Positions 30,110-40,294 of a stretch of 64,000 nt of DNA are shown here, in pieces (within the stretch, counting starts at the first letter, position 1; the number at the start of each line of letters is the position of its first letter). Made by a program: the position numbers and the translations under genes. The DNA lies in NCBI GenBank assembly GCA_963717105.1, contig CAVQVL010000012.1, forward strand, positions 122,577 through 186,576, in the 5' to 3' direction. Under the pieces are notes generated by a model. The model saw nothing but the letters and a program-made list of their open reading frames with translations, did no database searches and was not told the origin of the DNA. Origin of the DNA: an uncultured Chloroflexia bacterium. Lineage in GTDB: Bacteria; Chloroflexota; Ktedonobacteria; Ktedonobacterales; Ktedonobacteraceae.

Positions 30110-31768
30110 ATGTCGCGATCCCAGAACCGTGTTGCCGGGGATTTAGCTGATCAAATGACTCTACTGGTCGGCGGCGCGGTGCGGTTGCTATGTGGCGAGG
30201 CGGGCGTCTTCGTGGTATCGAACGAGGCGTTTGACCCGCAGAGCAGTGAGGAGTATACTGTATATCGTCTCAACGAAGCAATGCTGCCGACTTTTTTTGC
30301 CAGTATTGCTGGTGGTGTGCAACCCAATTCCGTCCGCCTGCTGGTGGCTGAAAAGCTATCGCCAGGTGTGGCAGCAAATCTGTTGCCCTGTGATGACGAG
30401 GTGAGGGAAAGTGGCGTGATGGGGATAAATAGCTATAACGAGAGGCTGGATGTTGAGCGTTGCTCGTTATTCGTGCATGACTCGGCGGGAATGCTGGGTA
30501 TATTACACTATCTGCGCCCGGCAGGAGTGCGCTCGTGTTTTGAACAGGTAAATGAGGGCAACGATGTCAGCGAGGTCAGAGGTGCCAACAAAACAGACAG
30601 CACAGCGGGGGCGTTGCGCCTGTTCGTCACGCAATTAGCAGCGGGTCTGCGGGCGGCGTTGAAATCGCAAGCACTGGTGAAGGAACAGGGGCGTCTGGCG
30701 GCCATTTTCCAGCACAGTACTGATGGCATTTTGACGGTTGATAATGCGCTGCGTATAATTGACTTCAATCCTGCGATGGAACGGCTGACGGGCTGGCGCG
30801 AGAGCGAGGTGCTGGGTCGCTTTTATTACGACGTGTTGCGCCCACGAGATCGCCAGGGCAACGAGGTCGGATTGCAGGGTTCACCTATTTTGCAGGTCTT
30901 CGCGGGACAGGCGGTTGTCAACCGCGAAATGGTCATCGCGGCCCGCGATGGACAACGTTTTACGGTCTCCGTCACCGCCTCGTGCGTGCGTTCAGCGCGA
31001 GGCGAGCCGATGAATGGCATCCTCACCGTGCGTGATATTACCCGCGAGCGCGAACAAGAGGAACAGCGTTCAACGTTTATTTCGGTCATCTCGCATGAAT
31101 TGCAGACGCCGATCGCCATCATCAAGGGCTATGCCTCGACGCTGACCCGGACAGATACGACGCTGGAAGCGGAGGCTTTGCGAACGCGGCTGACGGCGAT
31201 AGAGGAAGAGGCGGATCGTTTGAATAAGCTGGTGGGCAACCTGCTCTATGCCTCGCGCATTCAGTCCGGTGGACTGCAAATGGAGATTGCGCCACTTGAC
31301 GTTGCGAACTTGATTGAGACAGTGGTGCGTCGCTTGCAGGCACGCAGCCTGGATGTGACAGTAACGCTCGACATTCCGTCGAACTTGCCAGCGGTGATGG
31401 CTGATCGAGATCGTATCGAAGAGGTGCTACAGAATTTGCTGGATAACGCCATCAAATATTCGCCGCGCCAGCGCACGATCAGCGTGGCCTGCCGCGCCAC
31501 AGGTGATGAAGTGATTGTCCGTGTGAGCGATACCGGTATGGGCATCGCGCTGCGGGAGCAGGAACACATTTTTGATCGCTTCCAGCGCGTCCAGAATACG
31601 ACCACGCGGACAATTCCAGGCGCAGGTCTAGGATTATATATTTGCCGCGCCATTGTAGAGGCGCATGGCGGGCATATCTATGTTGAAAGTACTTTGCACG
31701 AAGGCTCAACATTTTCATTTAGTTTACCGCGTGAAGAGAAAGCACAATTGCCAATGGTGGTGTTTTAA
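30110..31768 (+). CDS. Cytoplasmic sensor histidine kinase (N-terminal unknown/GAF-like region, PAS, HisKA, HATPase_c)
   Basis: H-box [18 protein letters not shown]-box [10 protein letters not shown]-boxes DTGMGI and GAGLGL. No TM segments. Confidence 0.85.
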   Translation: MSRSQNRVAGDLADQMTLLVGGAVRLLCGEAGVFVVSNEAFDPQSSEEYTVYRLNEAMLPTFFASIAGGVQPNSVRLLVAEKLSPGVAANLLPCDDEVRESGVMGINSYNERLDVERCSLFVHDSAGMLGILHYLRPAGVRSCFEQVNEGNDVSEVRGANKTDSTAGALRLFVTQLAAGLRAALKSQALVKEQGRLAAIFQHSTDGILTVDNALRIIDFNPAMERLTGWRESEVLGRFYYDVLRPRDRQGNEVGLQGSPILQVFAGQAVVNREMVIAARDGQRFTVSVTASCVRSARGEPMNGILTVRDITREREQEEQRSTFISVISHELQTPIAIIKGYASTLTRTDTTLEAEALRTRLTAIEEEADRLNKLVGNLLYASRIQSGGLQMEIAPLDVANLIETVVRRLQARSLDVTVTLDIPSNLPAVMADRDRIEEVLQNLLDNAIKYSPRQRTISVACRATGDEVIVRVSDTGMGIALREQEHIFDRFQRVQNTTTRTIPGAGLGLYICRAIVEAHGGHIYVESTLHEGSTFSFSLPREEKAQLPMVVF

Positions 31769-31772
31769 GGCC

Positions 31773-32513
31773 ATGGAAAAGGATTTATTTGACCAGCGAG
31801 ATATGACGATTCTCGTCGTGGATGATGAACCGCACATCCGCGACATCGTGCGTTTGAATCTGGAGATGGAGCATTATCGCGTGCTGGAAGCGGACAACGG
31901 TATGGAGGCAATAGAGAAATTGCGCGAACACCTGCCCGACCTGATCGTCCTTGACGTGATGATGCCAGGGATGGACGGCTTCGAGACGCTCAAGGCCATA
32001 CGGGAAGTCTCAAATGTGCCTGTCATTATGCTGACGGTGCGTCAATCGGAGCAGGATCGCATTCGCGGCCTCGATCTGGGAGCCGACGATTATGTCGCGA
32101 AGCCCTTTAGCCCGCGCGAACTGCTCTCGCGTATCCGCGCCCTCTTGCGTCGCTCGCTGTTGCCATCGCCAGCCCGCAAGAGCGAGATCGTCGTTGATCC
32201 CGATCTTCGCATAGACTTCGAGCGTCACGAGGTGATTGTGAGCGGCAAAAAAGTAGATTTACGCCCAACCGAATATCGCCTGCTCTACCACCTCGTCAAC
32301 AACGCGGGTCGGCTACTCACTCACGAAACACTGCTCTCGAAAGTCTGGGGCCGCGAATATCGCGACGAAGCGCACTATTTGCGCCTTTATATTACCTATC
32401 TGCGACAAAAGCTAGAGAAGGACCCGGCACATCCTAAATACATCCTCACCGAGCGCGGCCTCGGCTACCGCTTTCGGGAACTTGAATCTTCCGGGGGCCT
32501 GAACAACCCGTAG
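31773..32513 (+). CDS. OmpR/PhoB-family response regulator
   Basis: [25 protein letters not shown], and a winged-helix C-terminus ([12 protein letters not shown]...GLGYRF). Start ATG 31773, 2 nt after the kinase stop. Confidence 0.9.
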   Translation: MEKDLFDQRDMTILVVDDEPHIRDIVRLNLEMEHYRVLEADNGMEAIEKLREHLPDLIVLDVMMPGMDGFETLKAIREVSNVPVIMLTVRQSEQDRIRGLDLGADDYVAKPFSPRELLSRIRALLRRSLLPSPARKSEIVVDPDLRIDFERHEVIVSGKKVDLRPTEYRLLYHLVNNAGRLLTHETLLSKVWGREYRDEAHYLRLYITYLRQKLEKDPAHPKYILTERGLGYRFRELESSGGLNNP

Positions 32514-32543
32514 GAGATTTTGAGAAAATGAAAGGATCAATTT

Positions 32544-33530
32544 GTGAATAAGAAAGAACGTGTTGATGCTGCATTGCGTGGCGACGCGGTAGACCGTGTA
32601 CCCGCGAGTATGTGGGGCCATGACTTTATGCGCGAATGGAACACCTCCACCTTCGTCGAGGCGATGGTCGAGAATTACGCTCGCTACGACTGGGATTTTA
32701 TGAAAGTCAACCCGCGTGCGGCCTACCATGTGCAGGATTGGGGCGTCAAGGTGCACCCATCCGGTGAGCGGTACAAAGAGCCTATCTTTGAGTCAAGCCC
32801 TATTCGGAGTTCTTCGGACTGGAAACGCATTCGCCCGTTGGAACCTGATCGCGGCGTACTCGGCGAGCAGTTGCGTGCATTACAACTGATCGATCATTCT
32901 ATCGGCTATGACGCCTACTTTGTACAGACTATCTTCTGCCCGCTTGGCGTGGCAATGTACCTGGCTGGCAATAAGAACGAGCCTGTGCTACAGACAATGC
33001 ACGAGGACCGCAAGGCTCTTCATGCCGCCCTGCGCGTCATCACCGAAACGTTCACCACTTACGCCATCGCCTGTCTCGAGCAGGGCGCAAGCGGCATCTT
33101 CTACGCCACCAACAAATGGGCCAGCGCAAGCTTGCTGACGCCAGACCAGTATCGCGAATTCGGCGAACAGTACGATCTGGAATTTCTGGATGCCATCAAG
33201 AGCCGCAGCAAGTTTAACATCCTGCACAACTGCGGTTCGCATATTTTCTTCGACCAGCTTGCCAGCTATCCGGTGCAAGCCATCAGTTGGGATGCTGATG
33301 CGGAAGGTAACCCCAACCTGCGTGAGGGCAAGATGCGTTCAGGTCAAGCCGTCATGGGCGGCATCAGCCAAAGCCTGCTGAAAAACGGCGTGCCCGATCA
33401 AATACATGAAGCAGTGGTAAAAGCTTTGGAGCAGACCGACAAAGAGCATTTCTTGCTCGCTCCCGCCTGCTCTATTCCTCCGGAGACGCCCGCGAAGAAT
33501 CTCGAAGCTATTCGCAAAGCATTACAATAA
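32544..33530 (+). CDS. Uroporphyrinogen decarboxylase (URO-D) family protein
   Basis: 328-aa ORF (GTG start). N-terminus ERVDAALRGDAVDRVPASMW and overall layout are typical of URO-D/MtaA-like enzymes. Specific function not assignable. Confidence 0.6.
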   Translation: MNKKERVDAALRGDAVDRVPASMWGHDFMREWNTSTFVEAMVENYARYDWDFMKVNPRAAYHVQDWGVKVHPSGERYKEPIFESSPIRSSSDWKRIRPLEPDRGVLGEQLRALQLIDHSIGYDAYFVQTIFCPLGVAMYLAGNKNEPVLQTMHEDRKALHAALRVITETFTTYAIACLEQGASGIFYATNKWASASLLTPDQYREFGEQYDLEFLDAIKSRSKFNILHNCGSHIFFDQLASYPVQAISWDADAEGNPNLREGKMRSGQAVMGGISQSLLKNGVPDQIHEAVVKALEQTDKEHFLLAPACSIPPETPAKNLEAIRKALQ

Positions 33531-33615
33531 TCAATGACAGCAAAAATAACCGGAGATAGACGCAGTTCGCGGCGCGAACTGCGTCTATCTCCGGTTATTT
33601 TTGCTGTCATTGATT
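33529..33615. terminator. Perfect 42-bp-stem hairpin (3-nt loop) beginning inside the TAA stop
   Basis: 33529-33570 is the reverse complement of 33574-33615. Confidence 0.7.
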
Positions 33616-33665
33616 GTATGATATGATAAGTGTGTCAGTTTTTTTTGAAAGTGGGGGTTTACACA

Positions 33666-35343
33666 ATGAGCATTTTCACCTTCTCAGGGATACGAATGCG
33701 CATCCTGCTCTCGTGTCTCGCCATCGCCACCGTCTTCGGTGCATTCCTGTTCAGCCACGCCTTTTTTCAAACAGCATCAGCCGCATCCGCCGCCGGTGCC
33801 AGTACAGGGCCGTTTACCGTCACGAAAAGTGTGATTTCGCCAGCTGCGGTAGTCGATCCAACAAAACTTTCCCTGTCAAATGAACCAGGCTCTACCCTGC
33901 CAAAGGGAGCCCGTCCGAATTCATCCGCAGGGTAACGGGGGTAATGCAAGCAACATAGCCGCACCGTCGTCGGCGCTCGCGAATGCACCGGCGGGTGCTT
34001 TGCTCGCGAATTTCAATGGCGTCAGCAGCCGCAACAGCGCGAAGGCGAATTTCGGAGCGGAATTTGAGCCGCCCGATCAAGGTCTCTGCGTTGGCAATGG
34101 TTTCGTGGTTGAGCCGGTAAATTCCGCGTATACCATTTACAACACAAAGGGGCAGGTGCTGGCCGGACCATTCAACGTCAACAAGCTCTATGACGAAGGG
34201 TACAAAAAGTTCACGAGCGATCCACGGTGTTTTTATGACAAAACAACGAATACCTGGTTCGCCATTATTCTGTTCATTAGCTCCAACAATCAGGTAGGAC
34301 GCACGGACCTTGCCGTGAATCCGACAGGAGATCCAACGAAACCCTGGACGGTCTATCATATTGACGGCACCGACCCGGGTGCTCCTGGTTGTCCTTGCTT
34401 TGGCGATCAGCCTCTGCTTGGCATTGACCAGTACAACATCTATATCAGCACCAACGAATTCTCAATCCTCGGCCCACAGTTCAATGGTGCGCAAATTTAT
34501 GCCCTCTCCAAGTCGCAGCTCGTCTCGCTGTCCTCGTCGGTCAACGTCGTTCATTTCGGCAATTTGAGCATTGGCGGCAGCATAGCCACATCTGTTCAAC
34601 CGGCTCTAACGTTTGGCACAGCGGATGCCGAGTACTTTATGAACTCGCTCGATCCGTTCGGGACGTTTGATCAGCGTATCGGCGTCTGGGCCATGACCGA
34701 CCGCCAGGAAGTTAGCAAAGGCGGCATTCCCACATTATCGCGCAAGGTCATTACAAGCGAGGCATACGGGGTACCGCCGAAGGCAGAGCAGATGGGCGCG
34801 AAAAGCCTGCTGGATTCCGGTGATGATCGTATGCAGCAGGTGCAGTTCATCAATGGTGACCTCTGGGGTGCGCTTGATACAGCCGTGACCATTCCGCACG
34901 ATAGCACTACTCGTGCAGGTATCGCATGGTTCCGCGTACAGCCATCGCTTGACGGCAAGGTTATTGGAAACACGGTCATCAAGCAGCAGGGTTATGTCGC
35001 GCTCCTCGGCAACTACTTGCTTTATCCCGCCATCCAGGCCAGCCCGGAGGGTACTGCCGCCATTGTGATGACGCTCTCCAGTAAGACAAACTTCCCCAGT
35101 GCCGCCTATACGTTCAAGAGCGCGAATAGTTCGTCATTCGGAGACATTTTCGTCGCCGCCCCCGGCTACGGAAACTACGATCCCACCGCGACTCGCTGGG
35201 GCGATTATTCGTGGGCCGTCCTCGATCCTTCCGGTAAGAGCTTCTGGATGGCAACGGAATATATTCCACCCCTGAGTAGCCAGACCAAAGACAGGAAGGC
35301 CAACTGGGGTACCCGCGTTCTCTCCGTCAGCGTCGAGAATTAG
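33666..35343 (+). CDS. Secreted hypothetical protein, frame broken between 33880 and 33935
   Basis: The signal peptide ORF (MSIFTFSGIRMRILLSCLAIATVFGAFLFSHAFFQTASA) runs into a 487-aa ORF in another frame. No recognisable catalytic motif. Confidence 0.55.
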
Positions 35344-35368
35344 CAGGAGAAACGCGAAGACAGTGGTA

Positions 35369-35450
35369 CAGTGGTACATTTGGCTGCAACACGCCCCGCG
35401 AAAAGCTAGCTAGCTTTTCGCGGGGCGTGTTGCAGCCAAATGTACCACTG
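35369..35450. terminator. Perfect 82-bp loopless palindrome (41-bp arms)
   Basis: 35369-35409 is the reverse complement of 35410-35450. Confidence 0.65.
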
Positions 35451-35614
35451 TTTGTGTTCTAAAAAGCCTATCCGGCCTATTGTCAAGGCTTGACGATATA
35501 TGCTATACTACACTTGAGCAGGGGAATGCTTGAGAAGTTCTCAAGCAGGCGGAGTATGGTCTGACTTGAAGGGTAAGGCCAGGTGAAGCGTAGAACTTGC
35601 ACGTATCGTCATAT

Positions 35615-35691
35615 CGGGGTGTAGCGCAGTCGGCTAGCGCGCAGCGTTCGGGACGCTGAGGTCGGAGGTTCAAGTCCTCTCACCCCGACCA
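35615..35691 (+). tRNA. tRNA-Pro (anticodon CGG), CCA encoded
   Basis: Acceptor CGGGGTG/CACCCCG. Anticodon stem CAGCG/CGCTG with loop TTCGGGA. T-loop GGAGGTTCAAGTCCTCT. 3' ACCA. Confidence 0.9.
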
Positions 35692-36078
35692 GGATGGCAC
35701 ACTACTTCCTTGAAGAAGTGTCATACAAACAGTCTCAGGTATACAATACAGCACAAGGAGTTCCAAGATGCGAACGTATCAGCTACAGACAACAACTGCT
35801 CTGGCGGATTGTTGTTCTCTGATACCTGTTGGCAAAAGTCTCCGTACCGTCCTTCAAGGGCGTACAGGGCAGGCCGCGGGTGCTGAACGATACGCAGTGC
35901 CGCATTCGCCTGGACGTGCAAGACGCTTTTGTCCTTATCTACCTGGTCGTCGTCGTGGACGGCAGTAGAAGCGAAAGAGGGTAGGAATTTCCCTGTCCCT
36001 CACCTACCTCAACACGCTTCTTCCTCGCTGTCTGCTCTCGTTATCGGCTCTGACAGAGAGGAAAGGGAAGCCATTCAT

Positions 36079-36630
36079 ATGCCTGTTCTTGTATTAAATT
36101 CCTCATTACAACCTCTCTCGGTCATTCCTGAGCGTCGTCTCATCGTGTTACTGTCGAAGCAGAAAGTCACTTTTATTGATGAGAATGTTCGTAGTTTGAT
36201 CGAGGAGAGCATTCAAGCACGCCGTCTTGAGTTAGAGCGACCCGTCATTGTACAGCTTTTAGCCAATGTACGGGTGCCACGGGTTGCGCTCCAGCCAACG
36301 CGGGCCAATATCCTGTTGCGTGACGATGAGACGTGCCAGTATTGCGGAAAAAGAGGCCGCGATCTGACGCTTGATCATATCATTCCGCGTTCTCGTGGCG
36401 GCTTAAGCACATGGGAAAATCTGGTTGCCTCGTGCAAATATTGCAACGGTAAAAAAGGGAATCGCCTCCTGAAAGAGGTCAATATGCACCTGTTGCGCCA
36501 GCCGCGCCCGCTATCGCAGGAATACGCGGGCTTCTTCCTGTTGCGCTACCCCCGCTTGCGCGAAGCTTACGAGGAATTCTTGATGAGTGCCCAGTATGGC
36601 AAACCCGCCTATCATGGGCTGAGTGCGTAA
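36079..36630 (+). CDS. HNH endonuclease
   Basis: CQYCGKRGRDLTLDHIIPRSRGGLSTWENLVASCKYCNGKKGN. Start at ATG 36079, behind GAGAGGAAAGGGA. Confidence 0.85.
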   Translation: MPVLVLNSSLQPLSVIPERRLIVLLSKQKVTFIDENVRSLIEESIQARRLELERPVIVQLLANVRVPRVALQPTRANILLRDDETCQYCGKRGRDLTLDHIIPRSRGGLSTWENLVASCKYCNGKKGNRLLKEVNMHLLRQPRPLSQEYAGFFLLRYPRLREAYEEFLMSAQYGKPAYHGLSA

Positions 36631-36639
36631 ACGGAGTAC

Positions 36640-36701
36640 AGAAGTGACAGAAAGCACAAAGTTGCCGTCGCGATGGCAACTTTGTGCTTTCTGTCACTTC
36701 T
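36640..36701. terminator. Perfect 27-bp-stem hairpin (8-nt loop)
   Basis: 36640-36666 is the reverse complement of 36675-36701. Confidence 0.65.
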
Positions 36702-36812
36702 CCCTTGCATCAAGCGTAATTATAGCTGTAGCAAATTATGTAAAAAAGGAATCGTACTTCGTTCTGGTAGTAGACAGTGCTGATTTTGCCATTTGCCAGC
36801 AAAGGAGTGTCC

Positions 36813-38294
36813 ATGATCAAAGAAACTATATCAGAAGATTCGTTGGTACGCCCGCAGACAGGTCTCAGGTACCTCTGTCTGTACGGGCATTTTTATCAGC
36901 CGCCGCGTGAAGACCCATTTACCGGCGAACTTCCAGTTGAACCCGGCGCAACTCCATTCGCCAATTACAATGAGAAAATTACTGCTGAGTGCTACCGACC
37001 AAACGTTGAAGAGGGCAACTTTGCCTCTATAAGTTATGACCTGGGTCCAACGCTTGCTTCGTGGTTAGAGCAAACTCACCCGGATGTGTATCAACAAATT
37101 ATTGCTGCCGACCGCCAACATGTCTTCCGCTACGGCGTCGGCAATGCGTTAGCGCAAGCGTATAACCATACCATTCTGCCGTTGGCAACTACTCGCGACA
37201 AGCTCACGCAAATTCTGTGGGGTTTGTGCGATTTCCAGCATCGCTATGGGCGCGACGCGCATGGCATGTGGCTGGCGGAAACAGCGGTTGACATGGAAAC
37301 GCTGGACTTACTGGCGCAGTGCGGCGTGACCTATACCGTTCTTGCACCCTGGCAGGCAGCTACAGCTGCTGATCCGACCGAACCGTATATAGTGCGTCTC
37401 CCCGGTGGACGCAGCATAACCGTTTTCTTCTATAACGCTCCACTCTCTGGCGGCGTCTCCTTCGATTGGAACACGACGAGCAACGCCGACCTGTTCGCCA
37501 CCGACTACCTGTCACATCACCTCGTGCAGCACAAGCTCACAGCTGGCGAACCGCAATTGCTGCTCATCGCTACCGACGGTGAGTTATACGGACACCATAA
37601 ACCCTGGCGCGAAAAGTTCTTATCGCGTCTCATTCAGAGTGGTGCACCCAGTTATGGCTTTGAAATCTGTACACTGGAACGCTACATGCTGATGTATCCA
37701 GCCACCAGAGAAGTTGAACTCAAGGTACCGAGCGCGTGGAGTTGCAGCCACGGCGTGGCACGCTGGGACACAGGCTGCGAATGTACGGAGGGCGATAGCT
37801 CCTGGAAAGGCTCATTGCGGCAAGCCCTGGAGCAGCTCGCGGAACGCGGCGACCATTTGTTCGAGCAATATGCAAGTGAGGCATTGTACGACCCCTGGGC
37901 TGCCCGCAACGGCTACCTTGCCTTGCGCAACGGCTGGGAAACAACAGCGAATTTCTGGTCGCGCTACAGCAAAGATGGTTCGGAGCCACGAGATGCTGAA
38001 CTGCTCCGCTGCACACTGCAATTACTGGAGGCGCAATATTACCAGCAATACAGCTTCACCAGTTGCGGCTTCTTCTTTGAAGACCTCGACCGCCTGGAGC
38101 CGCGCAACGACATCGCTTTCGCTCGCCGTGCCATCAGTCTCTACTGGCAGGCGACCGGCATTGATCTGCAACGCGACTTTCTGCATGATCTAGAGTCTAC
38201 GCAAAGTTGGCGTTCTCATCTGACCGGTGCTGACCTTTACCGCCAACTACCAGTTGAACAAGCGGGAGTATTACCTCCGTTGGGAGATAAATAA
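36813..38294 (+). CDS. Glycoside hydrolase family 57-like protein (DUF3536-type)
   Basis: YLCLYGHFYQPPREDPFTGE N-terminal signature. Start ATG 36813 behind AAAGGAG. Confidence 0.7.
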   Translation: MIKETISEDSLVRPQTGLRYLCLYGHFYQPPREDPFTGELPVEPGATPFANYNEKITAECYRPNVEEGNFASISYDLGPTLASWLEQTHPDVYQQIIAADRQHVFRYGVGNALAQAYNHTILPLATTRDKLTQILWGLCDFQHRYGRDAHGMWLAETAVDMETLDLLAQCGVTYTVLAPWQAATAADPTEPYIVRLPGGRSITVFFYNAPLSGGVSFDWNTTSNADLFATDYLSHHLVQHKLTAGEPQLLLIATDGELYGHHKPWREKFLSRLIQSGAPSYGFEICTLERYMLMYPATREVELKVPSAWSCSHGVARWDTGCECTEGDSSWKGSLRQALEQLAERGDHLFEQYASEALYDPWAARNGYLALRNGWETTANFWSRYSKDGSEPRDAELLRCTLQLLEAQYYQQYSFTSCGFFFEDLDRLEPRNDIAFARRAISLYWQATGIDLQRDFLHDLESTQSWRSHLTGADLYRQLPVEQAGVLPPLGDK

Positions 38295-38369
38295 GGGAAC
38301 AACCAACACGCCGCCTCGTGACCATGGTCACGAGGCGGCGTGTTGGTTGTTCCCTTATTTATCTCCCAA
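38280..38369. terminator. Perfect 44-bp-stem hairpin (2-nt loop) containing the last codons and stops of both convergent genes
   Basis: 38280-38323 is the reverse complement of 38326-38369. The plus-strand gene ends TTG GGA GAT AAA TAA in the left arm; the minus-strand gene ends ATT GGG AGA TAA in the right arm. Confidence 0.75.
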
Positions 38370-40032
38370 TCTCGCTCCACTGCCGCTCTAGCTCGACCCA
38401 GGCCTGGCGTACACGCGCCACCTCCGCTTCGCCGGGAACAATATCGCCATAACGAATGGCGGTATAAGCGTCGGTGACGGGGGCAATATACGGGCTGGCA
38501 AGAGGTGTGCGCTCGTCGAGGCGCTGCTGAAACTCATAGGGGGTTTCAATACGCAAGCGGGAATAGCCCCGCCCGGCGGCGCGTTTCAACATGGCACGGT
38601 ACATCTCACGAATAGTACGCACAGCAGGCGCAGCTTTGCTATCATCCAACCATATCTGTTCCTCTTCAACGCTGGTACGCGGAGGAAAGAAGCGGTGCCA
38701 GAAAGCCAGTAGCAGACTGCGCAACTGTGCCAGGAAGAGATGCCACGACCAGAGACTCTCATGAATTTCCGTCACTCGTTTTTTCGACGTAATGCGTGCG
38801 CGACGGCGACGACGCAAGGCCCAGCGTAGCAGCAGGGAAGCAGCGAGAAGTAGGAGAATAGGGATCAGCACCTTAACGACAGGGATAATAAACGGAGCCA
38901 ACTGAATTGGTTGAATAGCATGGGTAGCAGCTTGATGGTTGCCTCTGGCCGGTGTAGAATTAACGGGCGGCAGATGTGGTGGAAAGAGCGACTCGTACCA
39001 GGCGAGCAGCCAGAAAAGCGGCGCGGTGATAATGATAGCCAAGATGGCAAAAGCGTTGATAAGCCAATTGTAGACAACGTTCAACCACTGATATAATTGG
39101 AAGGTTTGTGCCAATAATGCCGGATTACCGACGGTATCAGCAATCCAGGCGGCAACGAGCAAGACAATACCAAGCGAACCAATGATAAACAGAATTGAGC
39201 GTTCTTGCGCGTTAATACTGGCTTCAGTATCAATTTGATGCGCATGACGCACAAAATTGATACGCGCCAGCGCATGGGCCGACAGGCCGAGGAAAAGGAA
39301 AAAGGGGATGAGCAGGAGCAGTGTTACCTCGTCAGACTGCACCACGCCTGCACTCGCTGAAGCCGAACGTATGACGATAATAGCCAGTATAATGCCGATA
39401 CCAAGCCGCATAGTAGCAAAAATTTGTGATGGCTCGTATGTACGTCCAGAAAGGCGAATGCCACGCCAGCAAAAATAGGTACAAATAGCGATAATACAGA
39501 CGACATGGTATGCTCGCACATTAAGGAAGAGTATATCGCTCAGCATCAGCAGCAGCCAGCGTGGGTCAAGCACAAAAGCCGTTGGCAAGTAGACACTCAG
39601 CCAGATAACAAAGAGCGTTATAATGATAAGAAAAGGCACAAACCAGGGAGCGATGGAAAATTCCGAGAAATCTTCTACTCCGCCACGTTGTCGAGCGGCT
39701 CGCAAAACAAGCGAGCTATAGAGCCATTGTGATCCGGCAATCATGAGAAATGGCACCCAGAGGGGCATAAAAGGGCTATGCAATTGAAATAAGCCCAGCG
39801 CGGCCAGACCGAGGAAAATGGCATCTATCCAGCAGGCTTCCATCGCGGCAAAAAGAAACGGGATGAGCAACGTTCCCATACTCGGTGCATCTTGCGTATC
39901 CACTGGATCCATAGCGAGCAGGTTCAATTTTCGTCGCACGTCGGCACCAATTGGCTCAGTCGGTCGGGCTTGCGGCGATATTTCCTTTTTTTTCTTCTGT
40001 TCATCATCCGATGGTTGCGGGGAACGATTCAT
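38359..40032 (-). CDS. Polytopic membrane protein with a C-terminal DUF4129-like domain
   Basis: 557-aa ORF with many TM helices. C-terminus ETPYEFQQRLDERTP...AYTAIRYGD resembles DUF4129. Confidence 0.6.
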   Translation of the reverse strand: MNRSPQPSDDEQKKKKEISPQARPTEPIGADVRRKLNLLAMDPVDTQDAPSMGTLLIPFLFAAMEACWIDAIFLGLAALGLFQLHSPFMPLWVPFLMIAGSQWLYSSLVLRAARQRGGVEDFSEFSIAPWFVPFLIIITLFVIWLSVYLPTAFVLDPRWLLLMLSDILFLNVRAYHVVCIIAICTYFCWRGIRLSGRTYEPSQIFATMRLGIGIILAIIVIRSASASAGVVQSDEVTLLLLIPFFLFLGLSAHALARINFVRHAHQIDTEASINAQERSILFIIGSLGIVLLVAAWIADTVGNPALLAQTFQLYQWLNVVYNWLINAFAILAIIITAPLFWLLAWYESLFPPHLPPVNSTPARGNHQAATHAIQPIQLAPFIIPVVKVLIPILLLLAASLLLRWALRRRRRARITSKKRVTEIHESLWSWHLFLAQLRSLLLAFWHRFFPPRTSVEEEQIWLDDSKAAPAVRTIREMYRAMLKRAAGRGYSRLRIETPYEFQQRLDERTPLASPYIAPVTDAYTAIRYGDIVPGEAEVARVRQAWVELERQWSEIGR

Positions 40033-40294
40033 AAGCCATACCCTGTCCCTTTTTCGATGCTTAACAATGCCTACACTTAATTATACCGCCTGAGTAAAAA
40101 CATATCTTATCACAAATGTATCACAATTACCGGCATTTCACGAAATTTTTACGAGGAATATACGCTATCTCCCAAAATGTTGTGATACACTAAGAGATAG
40201 AGAAGGGAAATGTGCTCCTCCCCATGTTGGACAAAAATGAGGGCCTTGAGATTCATCGTTGCAACGATGCAAGGCACGGCTTGGAGGGTATCGT

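Noticed and set aside
35450-35614. Possible promoter (TTGTCA-18-TATACT) and ~100-nt structured leader upstream of tRNA-Pro as a separate small RNA.
   Set aside because: It is only a plausible promoter match and local hairpins (CTTGAGAAGTTCTCAAG). There is no recognisable RNA family, and it may simply be the tRNA precursor leader.
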